From Myxococcota bacterium (lineage in GTDB: Bacteria; Myxococcota_A; UBA796; CAJQPC01), in assembly GCA_036012755.1 (NCBI GenBank), contig DASCPX010000071.1, positions 64,001 to 128,000 on the forward strand: 64,000 bases of DNA, written 5' to 3'. This document shows, in pieces, positions 33,015 to 41,812 of the stretch. Below the pieces are notes generated by a model. The model saw only the letters and a list, made by a program, of their open reading frames with translations, searched no databases and was not told where the DNA came from. Both the position numbers and the translations under genes were made by a program. The stretch's first letter is position 1; every line of letters begins with the position of its first letter.

Positions 33015-33060
33015 GGCATTATAATGCATATATGCCAGAGGGGCATTGCATTATGTTGCG
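33015..33060. promoter_or_regulatory. Divergent promoter with two TGCA-N6-TGCA-like operator boxes
   Basis: GGCA-TTATAA-TGCA (33015-33028, perfect palindrome GCATTATAATGC containing TATAAT) and TGCA-TTATGT-TGCG (33047-33060), in an AT-rich patch. Confidence 0.7.
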
Positions 33061-33102
33061 CTGTCGGTAATCCTCGGCAGGTCAGCCAAGCCAGGAGCAC
33101 CT

Positions 33103-34275
33103 GTGAGCTACGAGCGCACCTTTATCGAGTGGCACGACCAGCCGCTGGGCGACATCCTGGGCCTCTGCCGGGACGTGGTGGAGGAGGTCGACTACAGCGC
33201 CGTCCAGCGCTGGCGGGCGCGCGGAGGCAAGACCGTCGGGCACTTCCAGGTCTACTTCCCGCAGGAGATCGTGCACGCCGCGGGCCTGCTCCCCGTGCAC
33301 ATTCGCGGCGCCCAGCTGGACCCCACGAACTCCGACTCCCACTTCGGCTCCTACCTCTGCTCCATCCTCAAGACCTCTCTGGAGCTGGCCCTGAGCGGGC
33401 GGGTCGTGCTGGACGCCTTCGTCACCCACCCCATCTGCGATGCGGCCCGCAACCTCGCGGCCATCTGGGGCCGGAACTACGACTACCCCTGCCAGATCCT
33501 CTACCTCCCCCAGAACGCCAACTCCTCCGCCACCGTCCAGTACCTGCGCGACGAGTACGACCGGCTGCTCGAGGTCGTCGAGGGCGTCGCCGGGCGCAAG
33601 GTCAGCGCGGACGACCTCCGTCACTCCATCGGCCTCTACAACCGGGCCCGGGCCCTGATGCGGGAGCTCTACACCCTCAAGCGAGAGACCCCCTGGAAGG
33701 TGGCGGCAGAGGACGCCTACGCCCTGGTCTCGGTGGGCGGCATGATCCCCGTCGAGGACCACGTCGAGCTGCTCGAGCACGTGCTTCCGCAGCTTCGGGA
33801 GCGCGACGCCAAGGTCGAGGACCGCATCCGCGTGGTCTTCGAGGGCGGCTTCTGCGAGCAGCCGCCGATGGACCTCATCCGCATGGTGGGGCGCACTTGC
33901 TACATCGTCGACGACGACTTCCACATCGGCCTGCGCTGGGTGCTCGAGGACATCCCCACAGAGGGCGACGACCCGCTCTGGGCGCTGGCTCACGCCTACA
34001 TCGAGAGCAGCAGCTACAGCCCCGTGCAGCACGACGAGCGCAAGCACAAGGAAGACATGCTGGTCCAGCGGATGGAGGGCTGCAGCGCTGGGGCGGTCGT
34101 GCTCGCCGCCGCGAAGATGTGCGAGCCGGGGCTCGAGGAGCAGGTCGCCTACATCCAGAGGTTGGACGAGCTCGGCACGCCGCACTTCGTCAACGAGTTC
34201 GAAGAGAACATGAGCAGCTTCAGCGCGCTGGAGATGCAGGTCGAGACCTTCGTCGAGAACCTCCTGTTCGACTGA
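33103..34275 (+). CDS. bcrC: Class I benzoyl-CoA reductase subunit C
   Basis: AGGAG SD plus GTG; VYFPQEIVHAAG, SYLCS, HPICDAARNL, GGFCEQPP, CYIVDDD, KMCEPGL. Confidence 0.85.
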   Translation: MSYERTFIEWHDQPLGDILGLCRDVVEEVDYSAVQRWRARGGKTVGHFQVYFPQEIVHAAGLLPVHIRGAQLDPTNSDSHFGSYLCSILKTSLELALSGRVVLDAFVTHPICDAARNLAAIWGRNYDYPCQILYLPQNANSSATVQYLRDEYDRLLEVVEGVAGRKVSADDLRHSIGLYNRARALMRELYTLKRETPWKVAAEDAYALVSVGGMIPVEDHVELLEHVLPQLRERDAKVEDRIRVVFEGGFCEQPPMDLIRMVGRTCYIVDDDFHIGLRWVLEDIPTEGDDPLWALAHAYIESSSYSPVQHDERKHKEDMLVQRMEGCSAGAVVLAAAKMCEPGLEEQVAYIQRLDELGTPHFVNEFEENMSSFSALEMQVETFVENLLFD

Positions 34276-34300
34276 GCAGCCCACCAGCGCGGAGAGAGCC

Positions 34301-35602
34301 ATGATCGAAAAAGAGATCGAGCCCGAGAACGAGAACACCCTAGTCGGCAGGGGAAACAAGGACGGCGCGGCCCTCTTCCGGAGCTGGTTCAATGACCTGG
34401 ACCAGGTCGCCCAGAGAGAGGAAGGCGGCGCCTACGTCTTCGTGATGGGCAGCCTGAACGAGGTGCTCAAGTCCTTCGACATGCCCGTGATCTTCCCGGA
34501 GATCAACTCCCTGCAGACCGCCGTGCGGCGGGTGGCCCACGAGTACCTCGACGAGGCAGAGGACGTCGGGTACTCGCCCGACATCTGCGGCTACGTCAAG
34601 GCGGACGTGGCCCTGCAGCTGCGCAAGGGCGAGCACCCGATGGGCCGCATCCCCAAGCCGAGCATCGCGGTCTACACCAACGCCTGCAACACCTACATCA
34701 AGTGGGCGGAGATCTGGCAGCGCATGCACGGCGTGCCCCTGGTCACCCTGGACATCCCAGGGACGCGCCAGTGCGGAGTGGTCACGAGCCCGGGCCAGCG
34801 GCGCTTCGAGAACGACCGCCGCTACGTCGAGGCACAGATCCGGGAGCTGATCACCACCTGCGAGCAGGTCACGAACAAGCCCTTCGACATCGACAAGCTG
34901 CGCGACTGCATGCGCCACGCGAACCGCCTGAGCGCGGCCTGGGCCCGCATCCTCGAGCTGAACCGGAGCAAGCCCTCGCTCTTCAACGCCCTGACCGACG
35001 GCACGATCTACCTGGGGGTCGCAAACGGCTTCCGCGGCACCGAGACCGGCAGCGTCTACTTCGAGCAGCTCGTCGAGGAGATGGAGTACAAGGCCCAAAA
35101 CGGCATCGGCACCATGACCGACGAGCAGTACCGCCTCATCTTCGTCGGCGTGCCCTGCTACCCGATCTTCCGGCGCTTCAACGAGCTCTTCACCGAGTGG
35201 GGCGGGACCTTCGTCAACTCGACCTACCTCTGGTTCGCCTCCGGAGGCACGAACAAGGGCTTCCAATACGATCTCGAGAAGCCCATCGAGAGCCTCTCAG
35301 AGGGGCTGTTGCTGAGCGTGCGTGACGCCATGGACAGCATGTTCCACCAGACGATGATGGTGGAGGACATGATCGAGGACTACGGCGTCGACGGGGTCAT
35401 CTACCACCCCATCAAGAGCTGCCGGACCGTTTCCACCGGCCTCGCCGACAGCCGCCGGGCGCTGTTGAAGGGAAGCGGCACGCCGAGCCTCTTCATCGAG
35501 TCCGACATGATGGACCGCCGAGTCGTCTCGGAGGCCCAGCTCAAGAACCGCATCGACGCCTTCTTCGAGGGGCTAGCCTCGAAGAGGCTTCTGGAGAACT
35601 GA
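34301..35602 (+). CDS. bcrB: Class I benzoyl-CoA reductase subunit B
   Basis: [65 protein letters not shown]. Confidence 0.87.
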   Translation: MIEKEIEPENENTLVGRGNKDGAALFRSWFNDLDQVAQREEGGAYVFVMGSLNEVLKSFDMPVIFPEINSLQTAVRRVAHEYLDEAEDVGYSPDICGYVKADVALQLRKGEHPMGRIPKPSIAVYTNACNTYIKWAEIWQRMHGVPLVTLDIPGTRQCGVVTSPGQRRFENDRRYVEAQIRELITTCEQVTNKPFDIDKLRDCMRHANRLSAAWARILELNRSKPSLFNALTDGTIYLGVANGFRGTETGSVYFEQLVEEMEYKAQNGIGTMTDEQYRLIFVGVPCYPIFRRFNELFTEWGGTFVNSTYLWFASGGTNKGFQYDLEKPIESLSEGLLLSVRDAMDSMFHQTMMVEDMIEDYGVDGVIYHPIKSCRTVSTGLADSRRALLKGSGTPSLFIESDMMDRRVVSEAQLKNRIDAFFEGLASKRLLEN

Positions 35603-36411
35603 TGGCCTACGCAGCCGGAGTGGACGTCGGGTCCACACAGACCAAGGCCGTGATCATCGACGAGGACGGCGAGATCGTCGCCTGGGCCCTGGAAATGACC
35701 GGAGCCAACGTCGTGCAAGCCGCCCAGAAGGTCTTCCTCTCCGCCTTGAAGGAGGCGGGCCTGCAGGAGGAGGAGGTCGAGTACGTCATCGGCACTGGCT
35801 ACGGCCGCTACCGCGTGACCTTCGGAAACGCCCAGGTGACCGAGATCTCCTGTCACGGCCGCGGAGCCGTCCACCTCTTCCCGAACACCCGCACGGTCGT
35901 CGACATGGGCGGACAGGACACAAAGGCCATCCGCGTGAGCGCGGCGGGCGACATCGTCGACTTCTGCATGAACGACAAGTGCGCGGCGGGCACCGGGCGC
36001 TTCCTCGGGGCCGCCTCCAGCGCCCTGGACATCCCCCTGGACGAGCTCGGCGACGTGGCGCTGCGGTCTACACGACCGGTGAAGATCAGCACGACCTGCA
36101 CGGTCTTCGCCGAGTCAGAGGTCCTCGCCTGGTTGGGCAAGGGCAAGAAGGTCGAGGACATCCTCTGGGGCGTCCACACCTCCATCGCCGTGCGCTCGGG
36201 CGCCCTGATGAGGCGCGTCGGCACCGAGTCCGAGATCACCTTCACCGGCGGCGTCTCGCGCAACCCGGCGATGGTCGAGGCCCTCGAGCAGCGCCTCGGC
36301 CAGAAGGTGAACATCAGCGAGGAGTCCCACTACATGGGCGCCCTCGGCGCCGCGCTCTTCGCCCTGGACCACATCCAATCCCACCGCAGCCCCACCCAGG
36401 AGACCGCATGA
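35602..36411 (+). CDS. bcrA: Benzoyl-CoA reductase ATPase (activator) subunit, short A/BzdQ-like
   Basis: [47 protein letters not shown]; 269 aa. Confidence 0.8.
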   Translation: MAYAAGVDVGSTQTKAVIIDEDGEIVAWALEMTGANVVQAAQKVFLSALKEAGLQEEEVEYVIGTGYGRYRVTFGNAQVTEISCHGRGAVHLFPNTRTVVDMGGQDTKAIRVSAAGDIVDFCMNDKCAAGTGRFLGAASSALDIPLDELGDVALRSTRPVKISTTCTVFAESEVLAWLGKGKKVEDILWGVHTSIAVRSGALMRRVGTESEITFTGGVSRNPAMVEALEQRLGQKVNISEESHYMGALGAALFALDHIQSHRSPTQETA

Positions 36412-37223
36412 TCACCGCAGGCATCGACGTCGGCTCCACCTACACCAAGGCGGCCATCTTCGACGGAGAGCAGATCCTGGCGACGGCGCTGGCCCCGACC
36501 GGCTTCCGCCTGAGTTGGGTGGCGCGGAAGGTCTTCGACGAGGCCCTCGCGGACGCAGGGCTCGATGAGACACAGATCGAGTACGTCATCTCCAGCGGCA
36601 TCGGCCGCCATCAGGTGGGCTTCAAGGACCTCGCCGTCACCGACCTCACCGCCAGCGCGCGGGGGGCGAACTACTTCTTCCCCGGAACCAGGACCGTACT
36701 GGATGTCGGCGGGCAGACCATGAAGGCATCACGGATAGCCGGCAGCGCCAAGGTCGAGGCCTTCCGTCTCAACGACAAGTGCGCGGCCGGCACCGGCGCC
36801 TTCCTGGAGAAGACGGCGCGCTACATGGGCTACAGCACAGAGGAGATCGGTCCGCTGATGGCGACGGCCAGGGAGACCGTGCCCATCTCCGGAGTCTGTG
36901 CCGTGTTCGCCGAGTCAGAGGTGATCAACCACCTCTCGCTGGGCACCCCACCCTGCGACATCATGCAGGGCGCCATCGAGTCCCTCACGGGCCGCTCGGT
37001 GCAGCTCATGAAGCGCGTCAAGGCCCAGCCGGAGTACACGCTGGTGGGCGGGATCCTGCGCTTCCACACGATGGCCGACGCCGTGCGCGAGCGCCTCGGC
37101 GCAGACGTGAACGTGCCCCCAGGAGAGCTCTGCCAGTTCGCGGTCGCCGTGGGCTGCGCCATCCTGGCCCAGATCCGCCTCCGCAAGGTCCGCTCCGAGC
37201 AGGCCGCCTCGCCGGCAGCATGA
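36408..37223 (+). CDS. bcrD: Benzoyl-CoA reductase ATPase subunit, D/BzdP-like
   Basis: [44 protein letters not shown] overlap. Confidence 0.8.
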   Translation: MITAGIDVGSTYTKAAIFDGEQILATALAPTGFRLSWVARKVFDEALADAGLDETQIEYVISSGIGRHQVGFKDLAVTDLTASARGANYFFPGTRTVLDVGGQTMKASRIAGSAKVEAFRLNDKCAAGTGAFLEKTARYMGYSTEEIGPLMATARETVPISGVCAVFAESEVINHLSLGTPPCDIMQGAIESLTGRSVQLMKRVKAQPEYTLVGGILRFHTMADAVRERLGADVNVPPGELCQFAVAVGCAILAQIRLRKVRSEQAASPAA

Positions 37224-37465
37224 TCGCAGTGGACGACAAGGGCATCCGGAGCAACGTGGCGCTGCTGGCGGAGGGCTGGGAGCGCCGCCACCTGGCCGAG
37301 CCCGCGCGGGTGGAGGAGGCCATGGACGTCTACGCCGAGGCGGGCTTCGAAGTCCGCGCAGAGGACCTGGGCCCCGCGGACTTCGGCACCGGATGCTCGG
37401 CCTGCAGCGCGTCGATCTGCAGCAGCTTCAAGCTGATCTACACGCGCAAGAGGAGCTCCGAGTAG
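37220..37465 (+). CDS. 81-aa Cys-containing protein, last gene of the bcr operon
   Basis: ATGA overlap with bcrD; EGWERRHLAEPARVEEAMDVYAEAGFEV...CSACSASIC..FKLIYTRK. Confidence 0.75.
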   Translation: MIAVDDKGIRSNVALLAEGWERRHLAEPARVEEAMDVYAEAGFEVRAEDLGPADFGTGCSACSASICSSFKLIYTRKRSSE

Positions 37466-37496
37466 CTCTTCTGCCCGGCGTCGCTATCATCGGCAG

Positions 37497-38691
37497 ATGC
37501 TGACGAACGCTTGGATTGCATCGATGACGAGCGTGGCCTCCGCCGCCGAGCTGCCGCTGACTCCGGTGGACCTGCCCTTCAACACCCAGGGCGCGCCCAG
37601 CATGCAGCAGTCCCTGGAGCTCTCCTACTACCTCTACCGCCTTGGAGAGCTGGGCAACCAGGCGCTCATGGCCCGCCTCTTTCCAGAGAAGGAGGGGCTC
37701 CAACTGGGGGTGGGGATCGCGATCTCCTGGACCCTGCCGATGTTGCCGGTGAACGGCTGGATGCACGAGGAGTGGCACCGCGCGGTCATGACCCGCCAGG
37801 GCATCTCCTCCCGCAACACGATCTACGACCCCCGGACCTGGGACCCAGGGCTACGTCGCGGTCGACCACGTCAGCGACGAGGACCTGTCGCGCTTGCGCA
37901 GCGAGTCGCCAGCCGACCACGTCCGCCTGTCGATGGTGGGGACCCTTGTCTTTCAGGAGATCAACAGCCTGGCCTGCCTCGAGGGCAGCGACGAGATCGT
38001 GGCCCAGGCGAACGCCGCGGAGCCCACCATCGCGGTGCGGGACTTCACTGGCCTGGACTGCACCTCCTGGGCCTACGACCTGAGCAACCCGGACGACCCC
38101 TACGAGGCGCGCGGAGAACACCCCAGCGGGGTCGGCGTGGACCGCTACGGCAGCTGGTCCGACCTGACCCCAGAGGCTCGAGAGCTGCTCACCCGCCTCC
38201 GGGCGATGTGCCTGCTGAACGCGCTGAACCCCAACCTCTACGGCGTCAACGGCATCCAGATGGGCGAGGGCGTCGGCATGCTCTCGCTGTCATCGATGCT
38301 CACCCCCTACGGCCACGCCCTGGAGCTCCACGCCCTCTACCGGAACACCCGCCGCTGGTCGCTGGATCTGGGGCTGGGCTTCAACCGGGACCAGCTCCAG
38401 CCCTGGCTTGCCCTGGGCCTGCGCCAGCCGGTGGGGACACGCTGGACCCTCGGCGGCCAGCTGCGAGGCTGGGTCCAGCCCACGGACCTTCGCTGGGACG
38501 CGACGACACGACAACCCGGAGGCGGAGCTACGTTGGAGGCCCGCTGGAAGGCGGCGGAGCGCGTCGACCTCCGCGTCGCCGCAGAGGCCAAGACCGCCGG
38601 CTGGATCATGGGCGAGGAGGCCCTCGACCCGCAGGTCGGTATGAACGCGGGTGCGGTGTTCAGGGTGGGCTCTGGGAGCTTCCAGCGCTAG
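37497..38691 (+). pseudogene. Frameshifted exported protein with an HExxH motif and a beta-strand-rich C-terminus
   Basis: Frame 1 (WMHEEWHRAVM...RTWD) continues in another frame near 37845-37850 (GYVAVDHVSDEDLSRLRSESPADHVRL...) to TAG 38691. Confidence 0.65.
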
Positions 38692-38743
38692 CGGACCGGA
38701 AGCGCTCTCACACCTCCGAGCGGCTGCCGCGATACCAGGGGAC

Positions 38744-38983
38744 ATGCCCAACGACGATGGAATGACCTGCCGCCACCAGCTCCGCCTGGGTGCAGACGGT
38801 GCCGTGAGCGCCGGCGGCACGGCCGAGGGGTGTCTGATCATCTTCGTCGCTTCAGAGGCGACGACCAAGATCCGAGAGGCTGCGACCGCGCTGGGGTGCG
38901 AGACCGAGGCCGACAACGCCTGCCCCTTCGCGGAGCAGGACCTCTGGCGCCACTGCCCCAGCTACCAGCGCCGCCGAACCTGA
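38744..38983 (+). CDS. 79-aa Cys-containing hypothetical protein
   Basis: AGGGG SD; MPNDDGMTCRHQ...GC...GC...ACPF...WRHCPSY; GC3-rich codons. Confidence 0.5.
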   Translation: MPNDDGMTCRHQLRLGADGAVSAGGTAEGCLIIFVASEATTKIREAATALGCETEADNACPFAEQDLWRHCPSYQRRRT

Positions 38984-38990
38984 GACCCCC

Positions 38991-39110
38991 TCAGGGTTCT
39001 CGGCAGTCGCTCTCGCAGCCCCCGCAGCCGGCGCAGCGCTTGTCTCGGAAGAGCAGCCCGAAGCCGACACAGCCAAGGACGAGGGCGACGATGGCGACGA
39101 CGTGGGTCAT
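38991..39110 (-). CDS. 39-aa TM plus CxxCxxCxxxC microprotein ending the rnf operon (absent from the ORF track)
   Basis: MTHVVAIVALVLGCVGFGLLFRDKRCAGCGGCESDCREP*; ATG overlaps the rnfA stop (ATGA). Confidence 0.75.
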   Translation of the reverse strand: MTHVVAIVALVLGCVGFGLLFRDKRCAGCGGCESDCREP

Positions 39111-39685
39111 GTCGAGAACAGCCCCGCGAAGCCCATGAAGGCCAGGGACAAGAGCCCGGCGATGATGAGGCTGAGCGCCGTCCCCTTGACCACCGACGGA
39201 ACCGAAGACAGGCGTGCTTCGACCCGCAGACCGGCCATCAGCGCCAAGGCGAGGGTGAAGCCGCCGCCTGCGCCGAGGGCATAGACGATGCCCTCGACGA
39301 AGCCGTACTCCTTGTTCGTCTGGAACAGGGCCAGCCCAAGGATCGCGCAGTTGGTCGTGATGAGCGGCAGGAAGATGCCCAGGGCCTCGAAGAGCGGGGG
39401 GGCGATGCGCTTGATGAACATCTCGACGAACTGAACCGTGCTGGCGACGACCACGATGAAGCTGATGAGCTTCAGATACGGCGCGTGGGGCAGCACGAAG
39501 GCGTTGAGCACGCTGGCGCAGATCGAGGTGACCAACATGACGAAGGTGGTCGCCGCGCCCAGGCGCAGGGCCGTGTCCACGCGGTTCGAGACGCCGAAGA
39601 AGGGACAGAGGCCCAAGAAGTAGGCGAGCACGAAGTTGTTCACCAACAAGGCGCTCACGAAGATCCAGAGGAGCTGGCCGGTCAC
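39107..39685 (-). CDS. rnfA: Rnf complex subunit A
   Basis: LVNNFVLAYFLGLCPF, LGIFLPLITTNCAILG, LSLAFMGF. Confidence 0.95.
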   Translation of the reverse strand: MTGQLLWIFVSALLVNNFVLAYFLGLCPFFGVSNRVDTALRLGAATTFVMLVTSICASVLNAFVLPHAPYLKLISFIVVVASTVQFVEMFIKRIAPPLFEALGIFLPLITTNCAILGLALFQTNKEYGFVEGIVYALGAGGGFTLALALMAGLRVEARLSSVPSVVKGTALSLIIAGLLSLAFMGFAGLFST

Positions 39686-40272
39686 GCTGCCCTCCTCTGT
39701 TCGGCGACGTTGAAGACGAGCAGGATCAGCCCGAGCATGATGAAGCCGCCCGGGGGCAGGATCATCACGATCCAGGGCTCGAAGTTGTCGCCGAAGAGCG
39801 ACAGCCCAAACAGCGAGCCGTTGCCCAGGATCTCTCGCACGGCGCCGAGGCAGAACAGCGCCAGGGTGAAGCCGAGCCCCATGCCCACGGCGTCGAACAG
39901 GGCGAGCTTCACCGTGTTCTTGCTGGCGAAGGCCTCTTGCCGGCCGAGGATGAGGCAGTTCACGACGATCAGCGCGATGAAGGCCCCGAGCTCCTTGTGG
40001 ACCTCTGGCAACAGCGCCATGAGCGTGTAGTCGGCCACGGTCACGAAGGTGGCGATGATGATGATGTAGGTCGTGATCCGGACCGGCTTCGGGATCCACT
40101 TCCGCAGGGCGGACACCAGCACGCTCGAGCCGGTCAGCACGAAGAAGGTGGCCCCACCCATCGCCAGCGCGTTCACCGCCGAGTTCGTCACCGCCAGCAT
40201 CGGGCACATGCCCAGGACCTGCACGAAGACAGGGTTGTCCCTCCAGATGCCCTTGACCAGCTCGGCGTTCAC
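39682..40272 (-). CDS. rnfE: Rnf complex subunit E
   Basis: NPVFVQVLGMCPMLAVT, LIVVNCLILGRQE, ILPPGGF. Confidence 0.95.
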   Translation of the reverse strand: MNAELVKGIWRDNPVFVQVLGMCPMLAVTNSAVNALAMGGATFFVLTGSSVLVSALRKWIPKPVRITTYIIIIATFVTVADYTLMALLPEVHKELGAFIALIVVNCLILGRQEAFASKNTVKLALFDAVGMGLGFTLALFCLGAVREILGNGSLFGLSLFGDNFEPWIVMILPPGGFIMLGLILLVFNVAEQRRAA

Positions 40273-40829
40273 TGCAACCGCTCCAGCCAGGTGTCGTTCG
40301 ACGCGTTGATGATCTCGACCACCGCCTTGGAGGAGATGGTGGCGCCGGTGATGGCGTCGATCTCGTTCGGCGTGGTGGCCTTGCCCTTCTTCACGGCGAG
40401 GATGTCCGGCTCCACGACGAGGTCCTCGAACTGCGCCACGAAGACCTCGTCCTTGATGATCTTGTCCCCTAGCCCCGGGGTCTCCCGGCTCTCGAGGACA
40501 CGCATCCCGATCACGCGGTCCCGCGCCGGGTCGTAGCCATAGAGCAGGCTGATCGTGTCCTGGAAGCCCGGTCCCTTGGCCGGGATGGCGTAGCCGAGCA
40601 GCTCCCCCGCGGCGTTGTGGGCCGCGTAGACGGCCCCATCGTCGAAGTCCACGCGCTCCATCGTGGTGGCGTGCGGGACGACCTCGAAGACCGCCCGCTG
40701 CAGGGCCTCGGCCCGGTTCCGCTCGATGCGCGGCAGCGTGATCTCGTAGACCCCGACGATGGCCAGGCCCGAGACGAGCCCGGCGACGCCGAGGGTCAGG
40801 ATCATGCTGAAGCTGCTGTCGCTGCTCAT
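40269..40829 (-). CDS. rnfG: Rnf complex subunit G
   Basis: N-terminal TM, ETPGLG, DAITGATISS flavinylation motif. Confidence 0.93.
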   Translation of the reverse strand: MSSDSSFSMILTLGVAGLVSGLAIVGVYEITLPRIERNRAEALQRAVFEVVPHATTMERVDFDDGAVYAAHNAAGELLGYAIPAKGPGFQDTISLLYGYDPARDRVIGMRVLESRETPGLGDKIIKDEVFVAQFEDLVVEPDILAVKKGKATTPNEIDAITGATISSKAVVEIINASNDTWLERLQ

Positions 40830-41812
40830 CTCGGAGCCTTCTCGTGACCGAAGGGCCGGGGCTGGGTGTACTGCTCGATGAGCGGTGAGGCCGCGTTCAT
40901 CAGCAGGATGGCGTACATGACCCCCTCTGGGAGCCCACCGAAGCGACGGATGAGGACGACCAGGGCGCCGATCCCGATGCCGAAGACCCAGGCGCCGCGT
41001 GGCGTGGTGGGCGAGGTCACCGGGTCGGTGGCCATGAACACGGCGCCGAAGAGCAGGCCGCCGGACAGAAGCATGAAGTCCACCGGCGGGTGGGTCTCGC
41101 CGACCAGGGCGAGCAGGGCGGACAGTCCTGCCACGGAGCCCAGGATCGCGACCGGGATGCGCCACTGAAAGGCGCGCTTCCAGAAGAGGTAGAGCCCGGC
41201 GACGAGGATCAACGCGGCGCTGGTCTCGCCCAGGGACCCGGCAGTCCCGCCCAGGTAGAGCTCGGTCAGCCCGGTGAGCTCTCCGTCGAACTTCTGGAGA
41301 CCCAAGGGCGTCGCCGAGGACACCACGTCGACGTGCATGAAGGGGATGGCGAAGGTCGCCTCACCGAAGCGCATCCACGCCCCTTCCGTCGGAGGGGCCC
41401 AGGTCGTGAGGGTGATCGGGAAGGCGGCCTGCAAGAAGGCGCGGCCTACCAGCGCGGGGTTGAAGAGGTTCTGCCCCAGCCCGCCGAAGACGAGCTTGCC
41501 GAGCCCCATGCCTGCGGCACCGCCCAGGGCGGCCATCCACAGCGGCACACCGGGCGGCAGCGTGAGGCCGAGCAAGAGCCCCGTGAGCACCCCGCTCCAG
41601 TCGCGCACGGCCCCGCGTCCCGAGATCGCCCACTCGGTGCCGACGGCCCCCGCGATGGCCGCCAGGATGACCAGCGGCGCGGAGGGACCGAAGAACCACG
41701 TCGCCGCCACCACCAGCGGCAGCGCCGCATAGAAGACGTGGCGCATGATGCCGGGGGTCGTGGCGTCGGCCCGGACGAAGGGCGCCGGACGCAGCGTGAG
41801 GCGGCGACTCAC
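40826..41812 (-). CDS. rnfD: Rnf complex subunit D
   Basis: FGGLGQNLFNPALVGRAF, SSATPL flavinylation site, GSLGETS, FMATDPVTSP. Confidence 0.95.
   Translation of the reverse strand: MSRRLTLRPAPFVRADATTPGIMRHVFYAALPLVVAATWFFGPSAPLVILAAIAGAVGTEWAISGRGAVRDWSGVLTGLLLGLTLPPGVPLWMAALGGAAGMGLGKLVFGGLGQNLFNPALVGRAFLQAAFPITLTTWAPPTEGAWMRFGEATFAIPFMHVDVVSSATPLGLQKFDGELTGLTELYLGGTAGSLGETSAALILVAGLYLFWKRAFQWRIPVAILGSVAGLSALLALVGETHPPVDFMLLSGGLLFGAVFMATDPVTSPTTPRGAWVFGIGIGALVVLIRRFGGLPEGVMYAILLMNAASPLIEQYTQPRPFGHEKAPR

Noticed and set aside
33103..37223. Alternative call as a 2-hydroxyacyl-CoA dehydratase plus activator
   Set aside because: Two distinct ATPase subunits, Bcr-like B/C motifs and an adjacent BzdR regulator favour an aryl-CoA reductase; a phylogeny is still needed.
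38977..38998. Small hairpin (CCTGAG...CTCAGG) between convergent genes as a terminator
   Set aside because: The stem is only about 6 bp, is partly formed by the two stop codons, and has no U-tract.
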